DNA from: Candidatus Omnitrophota bacterium
GTDB taxonomy: Bacteria > Omnitrophota > Gorgyraeia > Gygaellales > Profunditerraquicolaceae
Direction of reading: 5' to 3'
DNA length: 64,000 nt
NCBI GenBank assembly: GCA_903852325.1
Contig: CAINQO010000035.1
Coordinates: 34,117 to 98,116, forward strand
Part shown: positions 45,883 through 55,645 of the stretch, one piece after another
Numbering within the stretch: the stretch's first letter is position 1
How the letters are laid out: every line of letters begins with the position of its first letter
Notes under the pieces: generated by a model
Database searches by the model: none
What the model was told of the DNA's origin: nothing
Seen by the model: the letters and a program-made list of their open reading frames with translations, nothing else
Position numbers and translations under genes: made by a program

Positions 45883-47145
45883 ATGGCTCAGCAGACATTA
45901 AAAGGCAGGGTCCGCGAAGATTTTCTGGCTAAATACAGCAGCGTTCTATTCAAAAGCGCCGGCAATAAGGGCGAGGTGGCCAACGTCGTGCGCAATATCC
46001 TGGAAGGGATCTTGAGCCAGCCGCGCAGTCCGCTTAAAGAAATTGAGCGGGACGCGATCATTAATGAACTGGTCGATGAATTCGCCGGACTGGGTCCGAT
46101 CGAACAATTAATGATGGATCCGGATGTTACGGAAATTATGATCAACGGGACGCATAATGTCTATGTGGAAAAGTTCGGCAAGAAAGTGCTCACCGGGATG
46201 CGTTTTGACAGCGATCAGCAATTAATGTATGTCATCCAGAAGATACTTTCGCCGACCAGAAGAAGGGTCGACGAATCGGTGCCCTATACGGACATCTGCC
46301 TTCCCGACGGCTCCCGCGTGAATATTATTATTCCGCCTTTGGCTTTAGACGGCCCGACGATCACCATCCGTAAGTTCCTGAAAAAGATCACTACCGCCGA
46401 AAACCTGATTGAATTAGGGACGCTGGACCGCAGGATGGCGGATTTTTTGATCGCCTGCATTAAGGCCAAGGCCAATATTATCTTTGCCGGCGCTACCGGA
46501 AGCGGTAAAACGACTACGGTGGGGGTGCTCTCCGGCTATATCGGTAATGACGAGCGGACGATTACGATTGAAGATACGGCAGAATTACATTTGGCGCAGG
46601 ACCATGTGGTCAGATTGGAAACCAAGCCGCCGAATATCGAAGGCAAGGGTGAAATTACCATCCGCGACCTTTTCCGCAATACCCTGCGTATGCGTCCGCA
46701 GAGAATAATCTTAGGAGAGATCAGAAGCGCCGAGGCGCTGGATATGCTTCAAGCAATGTGTTCGGGGCACAGCGGAGCGCTTTCGGTTATTCACGCTGAT
46801 ACACCGCAGGATGTTTTGCACCGGTTAGAGACGATGATCCTGATGTCCGGGATCCCGATCAGTTTGGAGGCAATCCACCGGCAGATCGTTTCGGCGCTGC
46901 ATTTGGTCATTCAGCAGGACCAGTTGGTTGACGGCGGCCGTAAGATCACCCGGATCAGTCAGGTTAACGGTTTAAAGGACGGCTGGGTAAATCTGGAAGA
47001 CCTTTTTTATTATGAAATTGAAAGCGTGGATAAGGAGGGCAGGGTCCACGGCCGTTTCCGGGCTACGGGTGTTGTCCCGGTATTCTACCCTATTTTTGCC
47101 AAAAGAGGGGTAGTGTTGAACAAGGATGTTTTTAATAAGGACTAA
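45883..47145 (+). CDS. CpaF/TadA-like type II/IV secretion ATPase (orphan)
   Basis: Walker A is GATGSGKTT, followed by RIILGEIR and the His box GHSGALSVIHA. No tadB/C or pilin genes are nearby. Confidence 0.85.
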   Translation: MAQQTLKGRVREDFLAKYSSVLFKSAGNKGEVANVVRNILEGILSQPRSPLKEIERDAIINELVDEFAGLGPIEQLMMDPDVTEIMINGTHNVYVEKFGKKVLTGMRFDSDQQLMYVIQKILSPTRRRVDESVPYTDICLPDGSRVNIIIPPLALDGPTITIRKFLKKITTAENLIELGTLDRRMADFLIACIKAKANIIFAGATGSGKTTTVGVLSGYIGNDERTITIEDTAELHLAQDHVVRLETKPPNIEGKGEITIRDLFRNTLRMRPQRIILGEIRSAEALDMLQAMCSGHSGALSVIHADTPQDVLHRLETMILMSGIPISLEAIHRQIVSALHLVIQQDQLVDGGRKITRISQVNGLKDGWVNLEDLFYYEIESVDKEGRVHGRFRATGVVPVFYPIFAKRGVVLNKDVFNKD

Positions 47146-47152
47146 AATAAAA

Positions 47153-48403
47153 ATGAATTGGAGTAAAGTATTTATTCCCACGCTGAAAGAAACCCCTAAA
47201 GAAGCCGAGTCTACCGGCCACCAGTTGTTGCTGCGCGCCGGGTTTGTGCGGATGCTTATGGCCGGGGCCTACACTTATTTGCCGATGGGTTTAAGAGTGC
47301 TGGAGAATATTCAGGGGATCATCCGCCAGGAAATGAATGCCACAGGGGCAAGCGAGCTGCTCCTGCCGGCGCTGCATCCTTTAGAGCTTTGGCAGAAAAC
47401 CGGCAGGGATAAGGACCTGGGGGAAGTGATGTTTAAATTTAAGGACCGCCGGGGCAGGGAGCTGTCTTTGGGGCCGACGCATGAAGAAATAATCACCGAT
47501 CTGGTGAAAAATAATCTTTCCAGTTACCGGCAGCTTCCGCTGGTTTTATACCAGATCCAAACCAAATTTCGCGATGAGATCCGGCCGCGGTTCGGCCTGA
47601 TCCGCTGCTGCGAATTCATTATGAAGGATGCCTATAGTTTCGACGAGGATGAGGCGGGGTTGGATAAAAATTACCAGTTGATGTTTGAGGCGTATAAAAG
47701 GATATTCGCCCGGTGCGGATTAAAGGTGTTGATCACCGAAGCCGATTCCGGGGTGATGGGGGGCAAGGTCTCCCATGAATTTATGGTTGAGGCGCCTTTA
47801 GGGGAAGATGTGGTTTGTTTCTGCCCGCAGTGTAAGACCGCTAAAGCCGCCAAGGGCGGTTCCAGCCTTTGTTTTACCTGTAATACGGAAATGCGGCAGG
47901 TGAATACCATCGAGATCGGCCACATCTTTAAATTAGGCACTAAATACAGCCAGGCGCTGGAGGCGGTTTTTCCCGATAAGAGCGGCCAGTTGAAGCCTTT
48001 GATCATGGGTTGTTACGGTATCGGGGTATCCCGCCTTGTCTCGGCGATCATTGAACAGAACAATGACGCTGACGGGATCCTTTGGCCCAAAGAAGTCGCT
48101 CCTTTTCAAATTATTCTTTTGCCTTTGGACGTAACCAATCCGGAGATTATGGAGGCGGCCAACAGCCTGTACCGCCAACTGGCAGAAAACGGAATAGAGG
48201 TGTTGTTTGACGACCGTAATGAACGGGCGGGGGTAAAATTCAAGGATGCCGATTTGATTGGGGTCCCCTTAAGTATCGTCATCGGCAAAAAAAGCATCGA
48301 AGAAAAAAGTATTGAATTAAGGGTGCGCAAGGATAAAAGCTCCCAGCTGGTCCCGCAGGCGCAGGCCTTAAACATGGTAAAGAATTTATTGGCTAATCTT
48401 TAA
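47153..48403 (+). CDS. proS: prolyl-tRNA synthetase, bacterial type without the INS editing domain
   Basis: Class II motifs FRDEIRPRFGLIRCCEF and GCYGIGVSR. A CxxC...CxxC insert lies at about 47810-47895. ATG 47153 is preferred over the track start at 47126. Confidence 0.9.
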   Translation: MNWSKVFIPTLKETPKEAESTGHQLLLRAGFVRMLMAGAYTYLPMGLRVLENIQGIIRQEMNATGASELLLPALHPLELWQKTGRDKDLGEVMFKFKDRRGRELSLGPTHEEIITDLVKNNLSSYRQLPLVLYQIQTKFRDEIRPRFGLIRCCEFIMKDAYSFDEDEAGLDKNYQLMFEAYKRIFARCGLKVLITEADSGVMGGKVSHEFMVEAPLGEDVVCFCPQCKTAKAAKGGSSLCFTCNTEMRQVNTIEIGHIFKLGTKYSQALEAVFPDKSGQLKPLIMGCYGIGVSRLVSAIIEQNNDADGILWPKEVAPFQIILLPLDVTNPEIMEAANSLYRQLAENGIEVLFDDRNERAGVKFKDADLIGVPLSIVIGKKSIEEKSIELRVRKDKSSQLVPQAQALNMVKNLLANL

Positions 48404-48417
48404 AAAGCGGAGCGGTT

Positions 48418-48876
48418 TTGGCCAACGAAGGATTAATTGAACAGTTAAATGATTTATTTTCCGGCTTTTTGGAGAACAAGGGGCTGGAGCTTGTGGAATT
48501 ACTCCACCAGTACGGCGGCCCGAAATTGATCCTGACCGTTTTAGCGGACAGGCCGCAGGGAGGGATAACCCTTGCCGAGTGCGCCCGGGTTTGCAAGGGA
48601 TTAAAAGAACTTTTGGAGGAAAAAAACCTGATTCCCGGCGACTATATCCTGGAGGTGGCTTCTCCGGGGCTGGACCGGCCGCTGAAAAGCGACAAAGATT
48701 TTAGCCGCGCGGTAAATAAAGAAGCGGTATTTTTCCTGAATGATCCGGTAAACGGCAAAATCCAGTGGCAGGGGATAATTCAGCAGGCCGATGAAAATTC
48801 CGTATCCATCCAGGTTGCAGGAGAAGCGATTGGGATCCCATTGATAAAAATAAATAAAGCAAGATTAGTAATTTAA
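48418..48876 (+). CDS. rimP: ribosome maturation factor RimP
   Basis: LEVASPGLDRPL motif and position upstream of nusA. The start is TTG with GGAG 5 nt upstream. Confidence 0.85.
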   Translation: MANEGLIEQLNDLFSGFLENKGLELVELLHQYGGPKLILTVLADRPQGGITLAECARVCKGLKELLEEKNLIPGDYILEVASPGLDRPLKSDKDFSRAVNKEAVFFLNDPVNGKIQWQGIIQQADENSVSIQVAGEAIGIPLIKINKARLVI

Positions 48877-48891
48877 TCGGAGAAATAAAAA

Positions 48892-50184
48892 ATGAGTCAG
48901 GAACTTTTGGCAATTATCGAACAGATTGAACGCGAAAAAGGAATTAAAAAAGAGATCATGCTTGAAGCCGTGGAAAGCGCGATGCTTTCCGCCGCAAAAA
49001 GGGTGATCGATTTAAAGCCGGATGAGGAATTTAAGGTGCAGATCGACCGGGTTACCGGAGAGATCCGCGCTTTCCGGAATAATGAGCCGGTGACCAATAT
49101 TGATTTCGGCAGGATCGCCGCTTCTACCGCGCGCCAGGTGATCATCCAGAAAATGCGGGAAGCGGAAAAGGATGTGGTTTTTATGGAATTTCAGGCCCGG
49201 GTCGGTGAAATTGTCAGCGGCACGGTGTACCGATTTGAAAAAGGGAATGTGATCGTGGATTTATTGGGCAAGGCTGAAGGGGTCCTTTTAAAACGGGAAC
49301 AATCCCCGAAGGAAGAATTTAAGCAGGGGCAGCGTATCCGCGCTTATGTGGTCGAAGTAAAAAAAGACACTAAGGGGCCGCAGATTATCCTCTCCCGGGC
49401 GCACCCAAATTTGGTTAAAGAGTTGTTCGAGCTGGAGGTTCCCGAGATCTATGAAGGGATCGTGGAGATTCGGGGGATTTCCCGTCAGGCCGGAGAGCGC
49501 ACCAAGATCTCCGTTTATTCCAAGAACGATAAGGTCGACGCGGTAGGGGCATGCGTGGGGATGCGCGGAAACCGGGTGCGCAATATCGTCAATGAATTGC
49601 AGGGAGAAAAGATCGATATCGTGCGTTTCAATGAAGATGTGCGTGAATATATCAAGGCGGCATTATCGCCGGCCAAGGTTTCGGAAATCAAGCTGGACCG
49701 GGATAAAATGAAGGCCGAAGTCGTCGTGGATGATGACCAGCTTTCTTTGAGCATCGGAAAACACGGCCAGAATGTTCGCCTGGCATCGCGCCTGGTCGGT
49801 TGGGAACTGGATATCCGCACCAAGAGTATGATCGCCGCGGAAGCGCTGGGCGGCACTGCGCCCGCTGCCGAAGCTGTTGCGGAAACAGGAGCGCCGGCCG
49901 GGGAAGAAGAAGCTAAGCCCAAGAAAGCAAAAAAAGCGGCTAAAAAATCCGCCAAGCCAGAGTCAAAAAAAGAAAGTAAAAAAGAAGCGAAAAAAGAAGA
50001 GGGCAAGGAAGCCTCTTTGGGGGAATCTCTGGGGGTAAGTGAAAAGATCGCCGAGAGCCTCAAAGCCTCCGGGGTTAAAAACGCCGCGGACGTGATTAAA
50101 TTGGGAGTGGAAGGGCTTACCCAAATCAAAGGGATCGGTGAAAAGAAGGCGGAAAAAATCATTGCGGAAGCAAAAAAATTGTAA
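48892..50184 (+). CDS. nusA: transcription termination/antitermination factor NusA
   Basis: S1 plus two KH domains (GACVGMRGNRV) and a Lys-rich linker with a C-terminal HhH. Confidence 0.95.
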   Translation: MSQELLAIIEQIEREKGIKKEIMLEAVESAMLSAAKRVIDLKPDEEFKVQIDRVTGEIRAFRNNEPVTNIDFGRIAASTARQVIIQKMREAEKDVVFMEFQARVGEIVSGTVYRFEKGNVIVDLLGKAEGVLLKREQSPKEEFKQGQRIRAYVVEVKKDTKGPQIILSRAHPNLVKELFELEVPEIYEGIVEIRGISRQAGERTKISVYSKNDKVDAVGACVGMRGNRVRNIVNELQGEKIDIVRFNEDVREYIKAALSPAKVSEIKLDRDKMKAEVVVDDDQLSLSIGKHGQNVRLASRLVGWELDIRTKSMIAAEALGGTAPAAEAVAETGAPAGEEEAKPKKAKKAAKKSAKPESKKESKKEAKKEEGKEASLGESLGVSEKIAESLKASGVKNAADVIKLGVEGLTQIKGIGEKKAEKIIAEAKKL

Positions 50185-50239
50185 TCGCTTTTATATAAAA
50201 TAAAGCTGCACTTTAAAGAGCGCAGAGAAAAGAGAAAAA

Positions 50240-52546
50240 ATGCCCAAAACAAAAAAAGAAAAACCCCCGGTAGAAAAAACAGCTAAACCTAAAAAAACCG
50301 CGGCCAAGGAAGCAGCTAAGCCTAAGGCGGTCAAAGCGGCCAAGCCTAAACCTTCCGCAGTAAGGGCGGTCAAGGAAAGTAAGCCAAGCCCGAAGCCGGT
50401 ATTTAAATCCATGCTTAAACCGGGGCCAAAGCCTGATTTTAGGCCCCTGGTTAAAACTCAGATTAAGCCGGTGGTAAAACCTGAAATCAAGCCGGAAATA
50501 AAGCACGAGGTTAAGCCGGCAATAAAACCCGAACTCAAACCCGAGCATAAGCCTGAAGTTAAGCATGAAATTAAGCATGAGGTAAAGCACGAAGCAAAGC
50601 ACGAAGCAAAGCACGAGGTGAAGCCTGAAATTAAACATGAGGTAAAACCGGAAACGAAATCTGATATAAAACCTGAGGTTAAAGTTGCGCATAAGCCGGA
50701 AGTTAAGGCTGAGCATAAGCCGGAAGTTAAGGTTAAAGTTTCGGCCCCGGTTCCGGTTGTTCCTGTCGAAGTTAAGGCTCCGGCGGCCCCAGAAAAAGAG
50801 ATTGAGCTGGAATTGCCGATTACCGTTAAAGATTTGGCCGTAAAATTGCAGGAAAAATCTTCAATCCTCATCAAGCACCTTATGGGGATGGGGATAATGG
50901 TGGGGATCAATCAGCCCCTGGACGAAGTTTCTTTAAATAAATTATGTTTAAAATATAATTTCAAAGTAAAAAAAGCGCTTAATGCCGAAGAGATAGTTTT
51001 GCAGGCGCACAGTAAAATAGACAAACCCCAGGATAAAAAGACCCGCGCTCCGATCGTCACCTTTATGGGGCATGTTGATCACGGTAAAACTTCTCTTTTG
51101 GATGCGATCCGTAATACTAAAGTAGCGGATAAAGAGCACGGAGGGATCACCCAGCATATCGGCGCCTACCGGGTGCAACTTCCCCAGGGGGAGATCACTT
51201 TCCTGGATACGCCGGGCCATGAAGCGTTTACCGCGATGCGCGCCCGCGGCGCCAGGATCACCGATATCGTGGTTTTAGTCGTCGCTGCGGATGACGGGAT
51301 TATGCCCCAGACGCAGGAAGCGATCGATCATGCCAAAGCCGCGCAGGTCGCGATCATTGTGGCGGTCAATAAAATCGATAAGGCGCAGGCAAATTTGGAT
51401 ATGGTCAAAAAACAGCTGGCCGCGGCCGGTTTAACTCCCGAGGATTGGGGAGGTAAAACCATTACCGTGCCGGTTTCGGCAAAGACCGGAGCGGGGATCG
51501 ATACCCTGCTGGAAATGATCCTGCTGCAGGCGGAAATGATGGAATTAAAGGCCAATCCTGACCGGTTGGCCAACGGAGTGGTAGTGGAAGCCAGGATGGC
51601 CAAAGGCCGGGGCCCGGTCGCCACCCTGCTTATCCAGAACGGAACTTTGCATCTTAATCAAAATATAATCGTCGGCAATCTTTACGGAAAGATCCGGGCG
51701 ATGCTTAATGACCGGGGGCAGGGAGTGACCGCGGTAGGGCCGGGAACTCCGGTAGAAATTTTAGGCATCAGCGGGATTCCTCAGGTAGGGGAGCAATTTT
51801 TCGCGATCGAAGATGAAAAGCAGGCCAAAGAATTGATCCAGGCGCGCCAGGAAAAAGAAAGGATCGCCCAGGTCAAGGAAGTAAAAAGGGTTAATCTGGA
51901 AGAGCTGCATGCCCAGATTGCCGCCGGTGAGATCAAGGAATTAAATTTGATTATCAAGGCCGATGTTCAGGGATCCCTGGAGGCGATTAAAGATACCCTG
52001 GAGAAATTGAATGTCTCTGAGATAAAGATCAATATCCTCCACATGGCTGCCGGCAACATCAATGCCTCCGACGTGATTTTAGCGGTAGCTTCCGATGCCC
52101 TGCTGGTGGGGTTCAACGTTTTATCCGATGAGCCGGCCAAGGAGCTGATCGCCAAAGAAAAGATCGAGGTAAAGATATACAACATTATTTATGAGCTGGC
52201 CAACGATATAAAAGCGGCGGTGGAAGGAATGCTTGACCCGAGGTTAAAGAAAATATTTTTGGGCCGGGCGGAAGTCAGGAAAATGTTCAAGCTTTCCCAT
52301 TCCGGAATTATCGCCGGCTGCATGATTACCAAGGGCAAGATCAACCGCCACTGCCAGGTTACCGTAATGCGTAACGGGGATGCGATTTTTGAAGGCAAAA
52401 TTTCCAGCCTCAAACGGTTTAAGGATGATGTCCGCGAGGTAGGGGAGGGTTTTGAATGCGGTATCGCCATCGGCGGTTTCGACCAATTAGCCGAAGGGGA
52501 TATCATTGAAGCCTACGATATCGAGAAAATAGCCAGGAAGCTGTAA
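50240..52546 (+). CDS. infB: translation initiation factor IF-2 with a repetitive K-(P/H)-E-x N-terminal region
   Basis: The G-domain motifs are [17 protein letters not shown] and NKID. The N-terminal 12-nt-period repeats span about 50430-50745. Confidence 0.95.
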   Translation: MPKTKKEKPPVEKTAKPKKTAAKEAAKPKAVKAAKPKPSAVRAVKESKPSPKPVFKSMLKPGPKPDFRPLVKTQIKPVVKPEIKPEIKHEVKPAIKPELKPEHKPEVKHEIKHEVKHEAKHEAKHEVKPEIKHEVKPETKSDIKPEVKVAHKPEVKAEHKPEVKVKVSAPVPVVPVEVKAPAAPEKEIELELPITVKDLAVKLQEKSSILIKHLMGMGIMVGINQPLDEVSLNKLCLKYNFKVKKALNAEEIVLQAHSKIDKPQDKKTRAPIVTFMGHVDHGKTSLLDAIRNTKVADKEHGGITQHIGAYRVQLPQGEITFLDTPGHEAFTAMRARGARITDIVVLVVAADDGIMPQTQEAIDHAKAAQVAIIVAVNKIDKAQANLDMVKKQLAAAGLTPEDWGGKTITVPVSAKTGAGIDTLLEMILLQAEMMELKANPDRLANGVVVEARMAKGRGPVATLLIQNGTLHLNQNIIVGNLYGKIRAMLNDRGQGVTAVGPGTPVEILGISGIPQVGEQFFAIEDEKQAKELIQARQEKERIAQVKEVKRVNLEELHAQIAAGEIKELNLIIKADVQGSLEAIKDTLEKLNVSEIKINILHMAAGNINASDVILAVASDALLVGFNVLSDEPAKELIAKEKIEVKIYNIIYELANDIKAAVEGMLDPRLKKIFLGRAEVRKMFKLSHSGIIAGCMITKGKINRHCQVTVMRNGDAIFEGKISSLKRFKDDVREVGEGFECGIAIGGFDQLAEGDIIEAYDIEKIARKL

Positions 52547-52566
52547 TTAAGCTGCGCAGAATAAAT

Positions 52567-53550
52567 ATGAATAAGAAGCGGATATTAAGCGGAATGCGTC
52601 CGACGGGCAAGCTGCACCTTGGGCACCTGGTGGGGGCGCTTTCCAACTGGATCAAGCTGCAGGATGAATACGACTGTTTTTTTATGGTGGCGGATTGGCA
52701 CGCGCTGATGTCGGAGTACGAAAATCCGGCTGAGCTTAAGGCGAACATGCTGGATAATGTGCTGGATTGGCTGGCCTGCGGGATTGACCCGGGAAAATCG
52801 GTGATTTTTATCCAGTCGCAGATCCCGGAGCATCTTGAGCTATATTTTATCCTTTCCCTGATCACCCCCCTGGGGCTGCTTGAGCGCTGCCCTACTTATA
52901 AGGAACAACTGCGCCAGGTAACCAACCGGGATTTAAGCACCTACGCTTTTTTAGGTTATCCGGTATTGCAGGCCGCCGACATCCTGCTTTATAAAGCCGA
53001 TAGCGTACCGGTTGGAGAGGATCAATTGCCGCATTTAGAGCTGACCCGCCAGATCGCGCGTAAGTTCAACCATATTTATAAAACAGATTGTTTTTCCGAT
53101 CCCAAGGCCTTGCTTACCCAGACTACCCGGCTTTTGGGTTTAGACGGCCGCAAGATGAGCAAGAGTTATAATAATTACATCGCTATTTCCGAGGCGCCGG
53201 AAGTGATCCGTAAAAAAGTGCAGGGGATGTTTACCGACCCGGCGCGCATCCGGGTCACCGACCGGGGGCATCCGGAAAAATGTAATGTTTATTATTATTA
53301 TGAAGCTTTTTTCCCCGAGATAAAAGACAAGGTCCATGACCGTTGTGTTAATGCCCAGATCGGCTGCACGGAATGCAAAAAAGAACTGGCGGACCGGTTG
53401 ATCGGATTATTGGCGCCTATTCAGGAAAAAAGGAAGGCTTTGGAAAAAGATAAAAAGTATATTCAAGAAATTTTATCCGTTGGACGGGAAAAGGCCGACC
53501 TTTCAGCCAAAAAAACCATCGCCCAGGTCAAAGGGCTTTTAAAGATATAA
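52567..53550 (+). CDS. trpS: tryptophanyl-tRNA synthetase
   Basis: SGMRPTGKLHLGH (HIGH-type motif) and KMSKS are both present. Confidence 0.95.
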   Translation: MNKKRILSGMRPTGKLHLGHLVGALSNWIKLQDEYDCFFMVADWHALMSEYENPAELKANMLDNVLDWLACGIDPGKSVIFIQSQIPEHLELYFILSLITPLGLLERCPTYKEQLRQVTNRDLSTYAFLGYPVLQAADILLYKADSVPVGEDQLPHLELTRQIARKFNHIYKTDCFSDPKALLTQTTRLLGLDGRKMSKSYNNYIAISEAPEVIRKKVQGMFTDPARIRVTDRGHPEKCNVYYYYEAFFPEIKDKVHDRCVNAQIGCTECKKELADRLIGLLAPIQEKRKALEKDKKYIQEILSVGREKADLSAKKTIAQVKGLLKI

Positions 53551-53719
53551 AGGAAGGGCGGGATGAACCCTGCATTTTCTTGTTATTCAATATTAAAGTC
53601 TTAGGAATTTGATGATTAAACAGAAGGAAGGTGCGGGGGTGAATCCCGCTCCTTCTAATTGTTCAATGCTAAAACCCATACGTTTTAAAGAATTCAATAA
53701 GAAAGAAGGAGCGGGATGA
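53551..53719 (+). promoter_or_regulatory. tandem (about 2.5 copies) anti-SD/SD hairpin modules with two uORFs between trpS and scpA
   Basis: The arms lie at 53551-53562, 53568-53582, 53621-53639, 53644-53656 and 53704-53716. The last pair is a perfect 13-bp helix covering the SD GAAGGAG and the A of ATG 53716. Confidence 0.6.
53639..53719 (+). CDS. candidate 26-aa leader peptide (uORF2); its stop overlaps the scpA ATG
   Basis: The frame GTG 53639 to TGA 53717-53719 encodes (V/M)NPAPSNCSMLKPIRFKEFNKKEGAG. It is preceded by an SD copy GAAGGTG and is homologous to the uORF at 35853-35933. Confidence 0.35.
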   Translation: MNPAPSNCSMLKPIRFKEFNKKEGAG

Positions 53720-54489
53720 ATTATAAAATCCGCTTAGAGATGTTTGAGGGGCCCTTAGACCTGCTGCTTTACCTGGTCAAGAAAGACCACCTGAATATCT
53801 ACGATATCCCCATCGCCAAGGTCACCCAGCAATACCTGGAATATATCAACCTGATGCAGCTTTTGGATTTGAATGTGGTCGGGGAGTTTTTGGTGATGGC
53901 GGCGACCCTGATGCAGATAAAATCCAAGATGCTTCTTCCGGCGGAGGAGTTGGCCGCGCAGGAGGAGGAAGAGGATCCGCGCGCTGAGCTGGTCAAGCGG
54001 CTTTTGGAATATGAAAAATTCAAACAGATCGCCGAAAATTTAAAACAGCGGGAAGCCAGCCAGCAGGAAGTTTTTAAACGCCCCAAGACCGAGACCCCGC
54101 AGGAGCTGCAGGTGCAGGATAAGGAAGAGGAAAAGTATTTTGAAGCCAGCATTTTTGACCTGATCGATGCCTTTTCCCGGGCGATCAAAGACATCCCCCG
54201 GGAAGTTTTTTACGAAGTGATTAAGGATCAGTTTACGGTCGAGCAGAAGGTGCATGATATTCTGCATTTATTGCTGGTAGAAACAAAAATCAAGCTTTCG
54301 GATCTTTTCTCCAAGAGCAAGGGCAAGCTAGAGATCATCGCCATATTTTTGGCGATCCTTGAGCTGGCGAAAATGAAGGAGATCCTTGCCCGCCAGGACG
54401 CCGATTTTGCCGACATTATCATTATCCGCAACAAGGAAAACATAATCCCTTATGAACGAAGAGACCAGACACCCGCTGCTGAAGGCTAA
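53716..54489 (+). CDS. scpA: segregation and condensation protein A
   Basis: FEGPLDLLLYLVKKDHLNIYDIPIAKVTQQYLEYI N-terminus. Confidence 0.9.
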   Translation: MNYKIRLEMFEGPLDLLLYLVKKDHLNIYDIPIAKVTQQYLEYINLMQLLDLNVVGEFLVMAATLMQIKSKMLLPAEELAAQEEEEDPRAELVKRLLEYEKFKQIAENLKQREASQQEVFKRPKTETPQELQVQDKEEEKYFEASIFDLIDAFSRAIKDIPREVFYEVIKDQFTVEQKVHDILHLLLVETKIKLSDLFSKSKGKLEIIAIFLAILELAKMKEILARQDADFADIIIIRNKENIIPYERRDQTPAAEG

Positions 54490-55504
54490 TTCCGTTATCA
54501 CCGACGTAAAAGAATCCGAAGAGGATATTGTTTTAAATATATCCCTGCGGCCAAATAAATTTACGGATTTTGTCGGGCATAAGGATATCGTGGATAACCT
54601 TAAAATTTCCATCCAGGCCGCCAAGCAAAGGAGCGAGCCCCTGGAGCATGTGCTTTTAAGCGGGCCTCCGGGTTTAGGCAAAACTTCCCTGTCGCATATT
54701 ATCGCTCACGAAATGGGGGCAAAGATCACCGCCACCAGCGGCCCGGCGATCGAGCGGGCCGGGGACCTGATCGGGATCCTTACCAACCTGGAAAGAGGGG
54801 ATATCCTGTTTATCGACGAGATCCACCGGATGTCTAAAGTCGTGGAAGAATTCCTGTATCCGGCGATGGAAAGTTTCCAGATCGATTTTATAATCGATAA
54901 AGGCCCTTACGCTAAAACGATTAAATTCAACCTCAAGCCTTTTACCCTGATCGGCGCCACCACCCGCACCGGGCTTCTGGCCGCTCCGCTCAGGGGGCGC
55001 TTCGGTTTGTTCTACAGCCTGGATTTTTATAAAGAGGAGGAGCTGGCCAGAATAATCAAAAATTCAAGCCAGCTGTTGACGATAAAGATCGATGACGCGG
55101 CGGCACTGGAGATCGCCAAGCGTTCCCGGGGGACTCCCCGGATCGCCAACCGCCTCCTGCGCCGGGTAAGGGATTACGCTCAGGTGTTGAAAATGGATAA
55201 AGTCGAACGGGCCTCGGCCTCCAAGATCCTGGATGACCTGGGTATCGACCAGGCCGGGTTTGATGACCTGGACCGTAAAGTTTTGAGATTAATTTTGGAA
55301 TCATTCGGCGGAGGGCCGGTGGGGATAGAATCTTTGGCCGCCAGCCTCAATGAAGAAGTGGATACGATCGAAGATGCGGTGGAACCCTATCTGTTGATGG
55401 CCGGATATTTAAAGCGCACTTCCCGGGGGCGCCTGGCCACCCGTAAAGCTTATGAACATTTCGGTTTAAAATTCAACCGGGAACAGCAGGAAGAGATTTT
55501 CTAA
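54452..55504 (+). CDS. ruvB: Holliday junction branch migration helicase RuvB
   Basis: LRPNKFTDFVGH, GPPGLGKTSL, IDEIHR and RGTPRIANRLLRRVRD motifs. Confidence 0.95.
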   Translation: MNEETRHPLLKANSVITDVKESEEDIVLNISLRPNKFTDFVGHKDIVDNLKISIQAAKQRSEPLEHVLLSGPPGLGKTSLSHIIAHEMGAKITATSGPAIERAGDLIGILTNLERGDILFIDEIHRMSKVVEEFLYPAMESFQIDFIIDKGPYAKTIKFNLKPFTLIGATTRTGLLAAPLRGRFGLFYSLDFYKEEELARIIKNSSQLLTIKIDDAAALEIAKRSRGTPRIANRLLRRVRDYAQVLKMDKVERASASKILDDLGIDQAGFDDLDRKVLRLILESFGGGPVGIESLAASLNEEVDTIEDAVEPYLLMAGYLKRTSRGRLATRKAYEHFGLKFNREQQEEIF

Positions 55505-55645
55505 ATTAACAATTGCCACTGATTATAATAGGTAGTGGTTGAAAGCGTCGAACTAAGCCTATAGGTTACGGTTTATATATATTCGAATATTGAAACGTTC
55601 GACGTAAATTAAAAATTACCACTGATTATAAACAATTTTTAATTT
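55505..55645 (+). promoter_or_regulatory. structured leader/repeat upstream of queH (copy 2 of 2)
   Basis: The 8-bp stem CGTCGAAC/GTTCGACG (55546-55553/55597-55604) compensates for the copy-1 stem. It carries the same ATATTCGAATAT palindrome and the AAATTAAAAATTACCACT tail. It is flanked by direct repeats AATT(G/A)CCACTGATTATAA (55511-55528 and 55614-55631). Confidence 0.55.

Noticed and set aside
49515-50252. A 245-aa minus-strand ORF.
   Set aside because: It is antisense to nusA, including its Lys-rich linker. It is low complexity (runs of S, A and F) and has no start context.
50213-50910. Two overlapping minus-strand ORFs (167 aa and 150 aa) with striking internal repeats.
   Set aside because: They are the reverse complement of the 12-nt-period K-P/H-E-x repeat in the IF-2 N-terminus. 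The periodicity keeps all frames open.
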